DNA from: Malacoraja senta
Lineage: Eukaryota
Length of the DNA: 64,000 bases
Assembly: GCA_038087875.1 (NCBI GenBank)
Contig: CM075996.1
Span: 8,124,001 to 8,188,000, forward strand
Direction of reading: 5' to 3'
Made by a program: the position numbers and the translations under genes. This document shows positions 52,815-63,929 of the stretch, piece by piece. The notes under the pieces are model-generated. The model searched no databases. It was not told the DNA's origin and saw only the letters and a list, made by a program, of their open reading frames with translations. The first letter of the stretch is position 1; every line of letters begins with the position of its first letter.

Positions 52815-53520
52815 TCCAACCCAATTGACTGGCTTCCACCTCGCCGGCAGCCAATAGAAATGCGGCCACCCGTCGCAGGACCCGCCTCCCTGCATGACGA
52901 CGGGTGACGATCTCTCCGCCTATTGGCCGGTCCGGCTGGCAACAGAGAGCGCTTTCCCCCCCTCATTGGCCGAGACCGCCAGCCATCAGTTAGCAACACC
53001 CCTTCTATTGGCCGGCGGCCCCCGTCGGTGATGGCGGGGAGAGGACGAGAGGTGTGGCCTCAGCCGCTTCCACCATGTTGTGGCCGGGCGCTCGCAGCCG
53101 ACATGTTACATCGACTCACCCGCAAACAGCCGCCCACACACACACACGCACACACTAGACTTAAACCGAGTGAGGGAAGACCTGGCCGCCATCGCGCTTA
53201 CCGTCCCGGGACGTGCCCATCAGCTGGTCGAGCATGGCTCGCATTTGGGCCTGCGCCGACATCTTTCTCCTTCTTTAGCCGATCCGAGACACAATTAAAA
53301 CCCGGGTACGGTTATTTGGTTTCCACAGTCGTGCCCCGGCGGGGAGCTGCTTGTTTTTTTGCGAGGCGGGCGGTTCGCATCGAGTTATTTTTGCGCCGCT
53401 TGTGTTTTTTTTTGCTCGAGCGCGGCTGCCTGGCCGCCAGCTCGTCCGCCGGAAGTGACGTCGCGGGCCAACGGCGGCGGCTCGTGACGCAGCGCGGGCC
53501 AAGTTCAAACGCTGCCGGGT
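52815..53520 (-). promoter_or_regulatory. CpG-island promoter / first-exon region of LUC7L2
   Basis: Abrupt GC- and CpG-rich segment around exon 1. ETS-CRE composite CCGGAAGTGACGTC (53449-53462), half-CRE GTGACGCA (53484-53491), YY1-like GCCGCCATC (~53185-53193), and five CCAAT/ATTGG boxes (52821, 52851, 52922, 52965, 53007). Confidence 0.85.
53202..53262 (-). CDS. LUC7L2: LUC7-like 2 pre-mRNA splicing factor, coding exon 1 (MSAQAQMRAMLDQLMGTSRD-G)
   Basis: Minus strand reads ATG TCG GCG CAG GCC CAA ATG CGA GCC ATG CTC GAC CAG CTG ATG GGC ACG TCC CGG GAC G|gtaagc. It is 61 nt, phase 1, inside a CpG island. RAMLDQ and GTSRD match LUC7L2 rather than LUC7L (RALLDQ, GTARD). Confidence 0.96.
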
Positions 53521-54459
53521 GGGGGGGAGGGAAAGGAGGAGGAGTGATAGGTGGTGGAGGAGGAGTCATCAGGAGCTGCAGATGCTGCAATCCCGAGCAC
53601 AAGTCCCAGAGTCTTAGTTTAGAGATAACAGTGCAAAAACAGGCCCTTCGACGCATCAACATTATCTGACACACACTAGGGCCAATTTACATTTATACCA
53701 AGCCAATTGACCTGCAAACGTGAGGATAGACAGAAAATGCTGGAGTAACTCAGCGGGACAGGCAGCATCTCTGGAGAGAAGGAATGGGCAAAGGTTTTGG
53801 TCGAGACCCTTCTCCAGACCTTCATGCAGAATATAGTGTTACAGTTGCAAAGAGAGTGCAAACTAAAAGGAAAAAAACACTCATCCAGTTTCCCTAGGAA
53901 GCTGTTTCTACCCTCATCCCCGACATTGGCCTGGATAACACAAAGACATTTTTCACTGTATCTCAGTACATGAGATATTATACCAATACCGATATATAAA
54001 AGGAAAGATTTTTTTCATATTTCTTTTTGGTTAAAAGGCCATTAAGTCACTGTCGGCTCTCACTGTATCTCCATCAATCCAGGTGCAGACCAGTGTTGCA
54101 CCTAGCAGTGCCATTGCATGAATCCTGATCCATATGCAGCCCACATGCTGATTAGACATTCTCCCTACGACTGTACGGGTTTCCTCCAAGTTCTCCGGTT
54201 TCATTCCATATCCCAAAGACATGTGGATTAGTAAGTTAATTGGCCATTGTAAATCGTCCCTAGTGTGAAGGCAAGTAATAGAATTTAAGGGGAGTTGATC
54301 GGTTTATGGGGAGAATAAGAAATGGGAAGCAGGTGACAATGGTAAATGTAACTCTGAGCCCGTTTCCATTCCGCATCTGTCCCCCAGTTATTTTCCAGTA
54401 GCGTATTCTCTCCCTTGCTTAAATCCACACACCTAAGCTGGAACGGAGACGACACACCT

Positions 54460-54735
54460 AAGAACGGAGACGAGGAAACACTTTTTCTCACAGAGAGTGG
54501 TGTGTCTGTGGAATTCTCTGCCTCGGACGGCGGTGGAGGCAGGATATCTGGATGCTTTCAAGAGAGCTAGATAGGGCTCTTAAAAATAGCGGAGTCAGGG
54601 GATATGGGGAAAAGGCAGGAACAGGGTACTGAGTGGGGATGATCAGCCATGATCACATTGAATGGCGGTGCGGGCTCGAAGAGCCGAATGGCCTACTCCT
54701 GCACCTATTGTCTATTGTCAATTGTCTATTGTCTA
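54460..54735 (+). mobile_element. CR1 3' end fragment
   Basis: FFSQRVV.LWNSLP remnant; conserved UTR GATCAGCCATGATC..GGCTCGAAG.GCCGAATGGCCTACTCCTGC; (ATTGTCT)n tail. Confidence 0.85.
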
Positions 54736-54819
54736 AGCTCCCATTACCTACTACACAAAGTGGTACTCTGCAATAACTATTTAACCTACCAACCAGTACG
54801 TTTCCCAGATGTACGAGAA

Positions 54820-56520
54820 ATGGATTAAAGGCCGATAAATCCCCAGGGCAGATAGGCTGTATCCCAGAGTACTAAAGGAAGTAGCCCCAGAAATAGTGGA
54901 TGCATTAGTGATAATTTTTCAAAACTCTTTAGATTCTGGAGTAGTTCCTGAGGATTGGAAGGTAGCTAATGTAACCCCACTTTTTAAAAAGGGAGGCAGA
55001 GAGAAAAGGGAAATTACAGACCAGTTAGTCTAACATCGGTAGTGGGGAAACTACTAGAGTCAGTTATTGAAGATGGGATAGCAGCACATTTGGAAAGTGG
55101 TGAAATCATTGGACAAAGTCAGCATGGATTTACGAAAGGTAAATCATGTCTGACGAATCTTATAGAATTTTTCGAGGATGTAACTAGTAGAGTGGATAAG
55201 GGAGAACCAGTGGATGTGTTATATCTGGACTTTCAGAAGGCTTTCGACAAGGTCCCACATAAGAGATTAGTATACAAACTTAAAACACACGGTATTAGGG
55301 GTTCAGTATTGATGTGGATGGAGAACTGGCTGGCAAACAGGAAGCAAAGAGGAGTAAACGGGTCCTTTTCAGACTGGCAGGCAGTGACTAGTGGGGTACC
55401 GCAAGGCACAGTGCTGGGACCCCAGCTATTTACAATATATATTAATGATATGGACTAGGGAATTGAATGCAACATCTCCAAGTTTGCGGATGACACAAAG
55501 CTGGGGGGCAGTGTTAGCTGTGAGGAGGATGCTAGGAGGCTGCAAGGTGACTTGGATAGGCTGGGTGAGTGGGCAAATGCATGGCAGATGCAGTATAATG
55601 TGGATAAATGTGAGGTTATCCACTTTGGTGGCAAAGCAGGAAAGTAGACTATTATTTGAACGGTGGCCGATTAGGAAAAGGTGAGATGCAACGAGACCTG
55701 GGTGTCATGGTACACCAGTCATTGAAAGTAGGCAGTACACAAAAATGCTGGAGAAACTCAGCGGGTGCATCAGCATCTATGGAGCGAAGGAAATAGGCAA
55801 CGTTTCGGGCCGAAACCCTTCTTCAGACAGATTGAAAATAGGCATGCAGGTGCAGCAGGCAGTGAAGAAAGCGAATGGTATGTTAGCATTCATAGCAAAA
55901 GGATTTGAGTATAGGAGCAGGGAGGTTCTACTGCAGTTGTACAGGGTCTTGGTAAGACCACACCTAGAGTATTGCGTACAGTTTTGGTCTCCAAATCTGA
56001 GGAAAGACATTCTTGCCATAGAGGGAGTACAGAGAAGGTTCACCAGACTGATTCCTGGGATGTCAGGACTTTCATATGAAGAAAGACTGGATAAACTCGG
56101 CTTGTACTCGCTAGAATTTAGAAGATTGAGGGGGGATCTTATAGAAACGTACAAAATTCTTAAGGGGTTGGACAGGCTAGATGCAGGAAGATTGTTCCCG
56201 ATGTTGGGGAAGTCTAGGACAAGGGGTCACCATTTAACGATAAGGGGGAAATCTTTTAGGACCGAGATGAGAAAAACATTTTTCACACACAGAGTGGTGA
56301 ATCTCTGGAATTCTCTGCCACAGAAGGTAGTTGAGGCCAGTTCATTGGCTATATTTAAGAGGGAGTTAGATGTGGCCCTTGTGGCTAAAGGGATCAGGGG
56401 GTATGGAGAGAAGGCAGGTACAGGATACTGAGTTGGATGATCAGCCATGATCATATTGAATGGCGGTGCAGGCTCGAAGGGCCGAATGGCCAACTGCTGC
56501 ACCTATTTTCTATGTTTCTA
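54820..56520 (+). mobile_element. 5'-truncated CR1-clade LINE carrying a 96-bp PLE-tail insertion
   Basis: RT motifs in ORFs 55042..55458 and 55745..56431; very similar to the copies at 15.4 kb and 35 kb; TCTATGTTTCTA tail. Confidence 0.95.
55735..55830 (-). mobile_element. 96-bp PLE pLTR-tail mini-insertion with its own 14-bp TSD
   Basis: ATTGAAAGTAGGCA (55721-55734) and ATTGAAAATAGGCA (55831-55844) flank a sequence almost identical to 288-381. Confidence 0.9.
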
Positions 56521-56699
56521 AAACCAGAGCATACAAATTCCACACAGACCTGCTCTATTTTGGTCTTATTAGTAAAGTTTACGGGGAGGGGCACTAGCTG
56601 GCTTGCGAATATATGAAGACAGGACAAACCAATGGGACGAGTGGCCTCCTTCTACGATGTAACCACCTTGTCATTTTGTTCGGAAGGTTTTTAGGAACA

Positions 56700-56980
56700 A
56701 TTAGACTTTAGAAATACAGCGCGGAAACAAGCCCTTTGGCTCACTGAGCCCACGCCGACCAATGATCATCCCGTACACTAACACCATCCTATACACACAA
56801 GGGACCATTTACAATTTTACCGAATTCAATTAACCTACAAACCTGCACTCCTTTGGAGTGTGGAAGAAACCGGAGCTCCCGGAGAAATACACGCGATCAT
56901 GGGGAGAACTTACAAACTCCGAACACACAGCACCCATAGTCAGGATTAAACCCGGGTCGCTGGTGCTGTACGGCAGCAAT
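56700..56980 (-). mobile_element. HE1-type V-SINE (head slightly truncated)
   Basis: V-domain and tail homologous to 63232-63522. Confidence 0.8.
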
Positions 56981-57414
56981 GCTAAAATTATGCCACCCTT
57001 ACATTCACAATTAATGCGATATTCACAAAAAAAACCTTAATAATCATAATGACATTTTCAATTATTGCTTTATCCACATTGTAGTCTGTGGTGGTTTAAC
57101 TTCACATCAGGAAGCTGTTGTCTCTAATGAATTGAGAGGTTGTTAATCAGAGATTAAGTTACAATCAAGATTGTGGGCCCTGACAACATTCTGGCTGTAC
57201 TGGTGAGCATCAAAATGGTAGGACTTGCCTTTGAGTCTGATATAATTCAATAATTTTTATGGCTGATCCTTGATCATGTCTCCATTTCTCTCCTGATCCA
57301 CATCATCTGATGATCTAAATCTCCAACAATCACAGCCTTAAATAAGCCTCCTTAGTCCTAAACCTCAACTGCCCAGCCACTGTCAACAATGGAAAAGGTG
57401 ATGTAGTTGTGCAA

Positions 57415-58050
57415 GACAAGTCAAGAGAGTTTATTGTCATGTGTCCCAGATAGGACAATGAAATTCTTGCATTGCTGCAGCACAACAGAATATTGTAGTC
57501 ATAAATACAGATCAGATTAGTGTGTCCATATACCATAGAATATATATATACATATCTATATCTATATATACACATATATATATATACACACATCAATACA
57601 CAGATAAAGTACAATAGGCTGTTATAGTTCAGAGTTTGTTTGAAGTTGTGCTTAGTCTGATGCCTGTGGGGAAGTAGCTGTTCCTGAACCTGGATGTTGC
57701 AGATTTCAGGCTCCTGTACCTTCTACCTGATGGCAGCGGAGAGATAAGTGTGTGGCCAGGGTGTGTGGGTCCTTGATGATGCTGGCAGCCTTTTTGAGGC
57801 AGCGACTGCGATAGATCCCCTCGATGGTAGGGAGGTCAGAGCCGATGATGGACTGGGCAGTGTTTACAACTTTATGCAGCCTTTTCTGCTCCTGGACGCT
57901 CAGGTTGCCATACCAAGCCATGCATGCTCTCTGCTGTGCACCTGTAGAAGTTCGAGAGAGTCCTCCTTGACATACCGACTCTCCGTAATCTTCTCAGGAA
58001 GTAGAGGCACTGATGTGCTTTCTTTATGATTGCACCATTGTTCTGGGACC
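57415..58050 (-). mobile_element. Rex1-type LINE 3' fragment
   Basis: AWYGNLSVQEQKRLHKVVNTAQSIIGSDLPTIEGIYRSRCLKKAASIIKDP; tail AATAAACTCTCTTGACTTG on the minus strand. Confidence 0.8.
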
Positions 58051-59119
58051 AGGAGAGATCTTCGGAAAAATGCAGCAGTTAGTACTGCTGCCTCACACCT
58101 CCAGCAACTTAGGTTTGGTCATGAGCTCAGGTGGTGTCTGTGTGGAGTTTGCACATTCTCCCCTGCGGCTGTGTGGGGTTTCCCAGGTGCTCCAGTTTCC
58201 CCTGCATCCTAGAAACACTGGGTGCCAGGTTAATGTTCTGTCAAATTATTCACGCATCAGTGGGTGGGTGGCAGTAGAATGGGGGGGGGGGGGAGATAAA
58301 ACAAAGTGCTGGAGGTACTCAGCAGGTCAGACAGCATCAATGGAGGGAATGAACTGTCTACGTTTGGGTCGGGAACCTTCTTCAGAGCTGTCGGGTACAT
58401 GAGAGAGAATAGGTTACTGAGAAACAATAGAGGGTATGGGATTACTGCAATGTGAACACGGGTCCCAACCCAAAGTGTCACCTATCCATTATCTCCAGAG
58501 ATGCCGCCTGACTCACTGAGTTACTCCAGCACCTTATGTCTATCTTTGGAATTACTCCGATAGCTGGCATAGATTCGGCTGGCCTAGGCAGATAAGCCCC
58601 CTGTGGTGTGAAAAATAAGAAACTTTGAATATGCCTGGATAACAACTCTCAGAATCTAGCGTTCCAGTGAATTACTTGAATTCTATCGAGCAATGACCCA
58701 TCCTAGTCAAATCCTCAAGGAACAATGCCTTCATCCAAGGAATGTGCGCAACACCCACCCAGTAAAACTTCCCTGCATAGTGAAAACAAATACTACACAC
58801 AGCACTATGATAGTCTCAGCAAATTTTACAATTACTGCTGGACTTCCTTGCTCGTCAGGCCGCTTGCAATAAAGACCAATGTGACATTTGCATTCAGAAA
58901 TGCATCGCACAATGATACCTAGCATGAACAAATATCTCAGAATATTAACTTTTAATATTTTCTTTGTCATTGAAGAAACATTTTTCTATAATTCTCCCTT
59001 CCAAAGTGAATTTCATACTATATCATAGTCTCTATTCTAACTTCTTGCCCACTCAATCTCTGTATCCCTCTGCAGGTCACTGCATTTATTTTACACCTTG
59101 GCCGTTTCCTTACTCTTTG

Positions 59120-59413
59120 GACTTCAGAGATACAGCGCAAAAACAAGCCCTTCGTCCCACTGAGTCCGCGTCGACCGGTGATCACCCCGTATACTAACAC
59201 TATCCAACACACTAGGGACAATTTACAATTTTTTACCAAAGCCAATTGCCACTGTATGTCTTTGGAGTGTGGGAGGAAACCAGAGCACCTGGAGAAATAC
59301 CCATGCGGTCACAGAGAGAACGTGCAAACTCCATACAGACAGCACCTGTGGTCAGGATCGAACCTGGGTCTCTGGCTCTGTGCGGCAACAACTCTACCGC
59401 TGCGCCACTGTGC
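59120..59413 (-). mobile_element. HE1-type V-SINE
   Basis: Same head, V-domain and tail as 63232-63522 (B box GGTTCGATCC). Confidence 0.85.
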
Positions 59414-59454
59414 AATTACACACCCCAGTGTAATTTCTTGTGTCTGTCTGGAAA

Positions 59455-59902
59455 TAACTCACATTGACATCCTTTCAAGATCCTCCTCTATGTCTACAAA
59501 GCCCTCAATGGGCTTTCCCCCACCTACATCAAAAGTCTTCTTACCCACCACTCCACCTCCAGGTCCCTCAGATCGTCCGACATGGGGTTGCTGACTATCG
59601 CGCGGTCTAGGCATTAGCTCAGGGGCGACCGTGCCTTTGCGGTTGCAGCTCCTAGACTGTGGAACAGCATCCCCCTTCCCATCAGAACTGCCCCCTCCAT
59701 CGACTCCTTTAAGTCAAAACTAAAAACGTATCTATACTCCCAAGCCTTTCTTGACGTCCTCTGAGCGAGGACTATATGTATATATATATGTATGTAGTTT
59801 GTTTGTTTGTACTATTCTTATAACAAATGTAAAGCACTTTGGCCAACAAGAGTTGTTTTTTAAATGTGCTATATAAATAAATGTGACTTGACTTGACTTG
59901 AC
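59455..59902 (+). mobile_element. L2-clade LINE 3' fragment
   Basis: FKILLYVYKALNG..PTYIKSLL, GDRAFAVAAPRLWNSIP; (GACTT)n tail. Confidence 0.8.
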
Positions 59903-60384
59903 ATTCGCTCCAATCTTCATCTTTATATTTGGTCAAAGCTTTTACATTTCTGTCGCTGTTTACTCACACAGTTACTTACGCGAAAGATAACAACTGCAGT
60001 CATTTCAGAAAATCTTCCCAATCCTCAAGTTTAGGAAAAAAAGTCTCAGACGGCTGGAGTAACTCGGTGGGCCAGGCAGCATCTCTGGATAGACAAAGTT
60101 TCGAGTCGGGTTCCTTCTTCAGACTGAACAATAAAATTTTGTCAGGAAAAATTAACAATGCTATTGTTTAATAAAAGGGAAATTTTTGAGCGTGGGAGGA
60201 ATCCAGAGCACCCGGTGGAAACCCACGCAGTCACAGGGAGAACATATAAACTCCATAGAGATAGCACCTGTTGTCCAGATTGAACGCTGATCTCTGGCGC
60301 TGTGAGGCAGCAACTTTACTGCTGCACCTCTGGAGAGACAGTATTTATATAATTTCTATTCTCTCCATTCTGGAGGCTGCAGCG

Positions 60385-60803
60385 AATCGTCCAATCAGCT
60401 GAGAAGGTTATTGGCTGCAACCTTCCCTCCATTGATGAACTGTACACTGCAAGGGCCAGGAAGCGAGCGGGTAAGATCATATCTGACCCCTCTCACCCTG
60501 GCCACAAACTCTTTGAATCACTTTCCTCTGGAAGGTGACTCCGGACTGTCAAAGCTGCGACAGCCAGACATAAAAATAGCTTTTTTCCACGAGTAGTAGC
60601 TCTACTCAATAACCACAAATCTGTAGCTTCCTTTTGCTCTGGTAGTTTATTTAATGCACATGTTTAATCAATAATGATTTATTATTAATGTTTAATGTTT
60701 TATGATCATTCCTGTCACTATGTCATGTTGTCACTTGCGGGCGGAGCACCAAGGCAAATTCCTTGTATGTGAATACTTGGCCAATAAACTTATTCATTCA
60801 TTC
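60385..60803 (+). mobile_element. Rex1-type LINE 3' fragment
   Basis: AEKVIGCNLPSIDELYTARARKRAGKIISDPSHPGHKLF..RHKNSFFP; (ATTC)n tail. Confidence 0.75.
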
Positions 60804-61059
60804 ATCCCTTGCATTTGGGGTGGAGGCTGCAGTGAGGCTGGCATCTTCGCTCCCTCCTCGCGGCCGACCACCGGGACTGGAGCGGCATTTCCTGGAGCTG
60901 AACTTCAGCTTCGGTGGTAGTGCAGCGCTGACGTACTATCATGGAGCGGGCGATGCGGATCGCCGTGTGGTAAGCTCCGGAGTGCTGAGACCAGTGATCA
61001 AGTCAAGTCAGGTTTATTCGTCATATACACATATGAGATGTGCAGTGAAATGAATATAA

Positions 61060-61455
61060 GAACACCTCCGCTCGGTTCGCAATAACCAAACTGATCTCCC
61101 GGTGGCTCAGCACTTCAACTCCCCCTCCCATTCCGAATCCGACCTCCATGGCCAGAGTGAGGACCACCGTAAATTGGAGGAGCAGCACCTCATATTTCGC
61201 TTGGGCAGTTTGCACCCCAGCGGTATGAACATTGACTTCTCTAATTTCCGGTAGTCCCTACTTTCTCCTCCCCTTCTCAGCTCTCCCTCAGCCCACTGGC
61301 TCCACCTCTTCCTTTCTTCTTCCCCCACCCCCACCCCACCCCCACCCCCACCCTCACATCAGTCTGAAGAAGGGTTTCGACCTGAAACGTTGCAATTTCC
61401 TTCGCTCCATAGATGCTGCCTCACCCGCTGAGTTTCTCCAGCATTTTTGTCTACC
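61060..61455 (+). mobile_element. PLE GIY-YIG C-terminus plus pLTR fragment
   Basis: EHLRSVRNNQTDLPVAQHFNSPSHSES...RKLEEQHLIFRLGSLHPSGMNIDFSNFR*; pLTR as at 1650-1869. Confidence 0.88.
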
Positions 61456-62987
61456 TCAAGTATCTGGGGTTTTTTTTGCAGCTCCGAGGTTGTTGTTCTG
61501 ATGTTTTGCTTTGTGGTATCCGGTTGCATTGGTCATACAATTAGAAGAAAACAGGAGGCAGTAGTAATTAGAGGTCATGTGCCAGTTAATCAAAGTTTGA
61601 GGCGCAGGTGGCATTTACAATGAACAATCGATGGTGTATGGTTTCCTTCAGTCCAATGCTATCACTGAAACTAATCCACACATTGCTTTATAAAGTCAAT
61701 AGCTCAGTGCAACAGCTATTTGTTAAAAGGAGCCTCTGCAGTACTTGAGTTCAGTGCTACAGAATCAAACAGTCCAGGCTTGCAAACCTGCATCAAGTTA
61801 CCTCAAGATATCACAGCGACTGGATCAGAATTCTAGCATCAATTTTTTAACCGTCTAGCCGTAATGTAAGGATTTTTTCCCAAATGAGTCGCCCATGAAT
61901 TGTTCAATTATTACAAAGGTCCTGTTCCAAATCTTGCAACGCAAGTTTGACGAGTATAAAAATAACACTGAAACTTGTTGTAGAAGAATACAGAAAAAGT
62001 ATGTTTAATTGGTTGAACGTGTTCTGCTGGAATCCTTTACAGTCGTCAACACATCTTCCCCGGCCAACAATGGGCCATTTTGGACTCCACCCTTCCCGAG
62101 GTCGTCTGTTGTCGCCCCTGTTACGTTCTGGCCTTCTCAATCTTTCAGTCTGAAGAAGGGTTCCGACCCGAAACGTCGCCTATACCTTTTCTCCGGAGAT
62201 GCTGCCCGGCCCACTGAGTTACTCCAGCATTTTGTGTCTATCCTTTACTTTAGTTGTCTTTCAGGTTTTCTAAATCTGAATAAGATCTGACCACCCAACA
62301 TTAAAGAAGTCTCTTACACATCTTGCAAAAGTGTCGAGGCAACAACCCTGCAGATGGAGGTAATGGCAGATATTATTTACAAACTCTTGCCCTGGATAGT
62401 GGGGGCTCTCTTGTTGAGACTCACTCATCTCATTTACACAGAATAGACATTTCCAAACCGTCAGGACACCTCAAAGTGAAATATAGGAAGAATGAGTCAT
62501 TTTCAAGAGAGATTTAGCTCTTAGGGCTAAAGGAATCAAGGGATATGGGGGGAAAAGCAGGAACGGGGCACTGATTTTAGATGATCAGCCACAATCATAT
62601 TGATGGTGGTGCTGGCTCGAAGGGCCGAATAGCCTACTCCTGCACCTATTTTACTGTTTCCACTTGAAACGCTGAAGGTTCAAGCCTGGTCCAGTCACGG
62701 AGAACCAGTCTACGGGAATCGGACTGCAGTTTGCACCCAAACACGAAGAACTTAAAGAGCTGAGGCACAATTTACTCAAATCTCTGCAGGATGTACCTTT
62801 AGAAAGGAGATGAGATGGAATTTCTTGAGCCATAGGATGCCAATGCTTTTGGACAGGCAGATGGATATGGAGGGAATGGAGGGATGTGGATAACCTGCAG
62901 GATGATGAGATTAGTTTAGTTTGGCATGTTCGGCACGGACATTGTAGGTTGAAGGGCTTGTTCCTGTGCAATACTTTTTTAAAAATG

Positions 62988-63222
62988 TAGGAAGGAACTG
63001 CAGATGCTGGTTTGAACCGAAGATAGACACAAAAAGCTGGAGTGACTCAGCGGGGGAGGCAGCATCTCTGGAGAGAAGGAATGGGTGACGTTTCGGGTCG
63101 AGACCCTTCTTCAGAGAATTCTTCGGACTCTGACGAAAGGTCTTGACTCGAAACGTCACCCATTCCTTCTGTCCAGAGATGCTGCCTGTCCCGTTGAGTC
63201 ACTCCAGCTTATTGTGTCTGTA
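62988..63222. mobile_element. Fold-back pair of PLE-tail units
   Basis: Minus unit 62988-63116 and plus unit ~63130-63222, separated by ~14 nt; each carries CTGAnGA..GAAACGTC. Confidence 0.8.
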
Positions 63223-63231
63223 CTTTTTTAT

Positions 63232-63522
63232 TTTCGTTTAGAAATACAGCGAGGAAACAGGCCCGTCGGCCCACGAGTCTGCGCTGACTAGCAATCACCC
63301 CGTACACTAACACTATTCTACACACAGTTACAACAGAAGCCAATTGACCTACAAACCTGCACATCTTTGGAATGTAGGAGAAAACCGGAGCACCCGGGGT
63401 AAACCCACGCAGTCACGGGGAGAGCGTTCAAACTCCGTACAGACAGCACCGTGGTCATGTTCGAACTCGGGTCTCTGCTGCTGTAAGGCAGCAACTCTAC
63501 CGCTGCGCCGCCGTGCTGCCCC
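63232..63522 (-). mobile_element. HE1-type tRNA-derived V-SINE, near full length
   Basis: Head GGGCAGCACGGCGGCGCAGCGGTAGA (A box)...GAGTTCGAAC (B box); V-domain GTGCTCCGGTTTTCTCCTACA..CCAAAGA; tail GGGCCTGTTTCCTCGCTGTATTTCTAAA. Confidence 0.88.
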
Positions 63523-63929
63523 CAAAGGAGCCGCAAATGTTGGTTTATACAAAGATAGGCACAAAGTGCTGGAGTAACTCAGCGGGTCAGCCATGATCAC
63601 ATTGAATGGCGGTGCTGGCTCGAAGGGCCGAATGGCCTACTCCTGCACCTATTGTCTATTGTCAGGCAGCATCTCTGGAGAAAAAGGGCTGGGTGACCTT
63701 TCGGGTCGGGGCCCTTCACCTTTCGATGTTCAATGTTCTATATTCTATTAGAGCGCTTCAAGTTCTGATCAAGATCTGTCCAGCTCTTGCAATTAGGCTC
63801 ACATCCCGTTCACCTCCCGCTCCATTTGACAGTGCAATGCAAACCGAGGGTGGAGGAGACTGGAGGGAATGGAGTGCAGCGGGTGTGTGTGTCGCTGAGC
63901 GGGGCCGGCAGTCGCGCAGGAGTGGCGGA

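Noticed and set aside
52923..53674. Long ORFs over the promoter (248 aa plus strand; 120 aa minus strand)
   Set aside because: Stop-poor GC-rich CpG island running into SINE and PLE fragments; low-complexity translation with no recognisable domain.
55745..56431. 228-aa ORF with a novel N-terminus (MLEKLSGC…) fused to CR1 RT
   Set aside because: Chance fusion created by the 96-bp PLE-tail insertion; the same peptide appears at 202..384.
63440..63522. tRNA-like A and B boxes
   Set aside because: Head of an HE1 V-SINE, continuous with the V-domain and LINE tail; not a tRNA gene.
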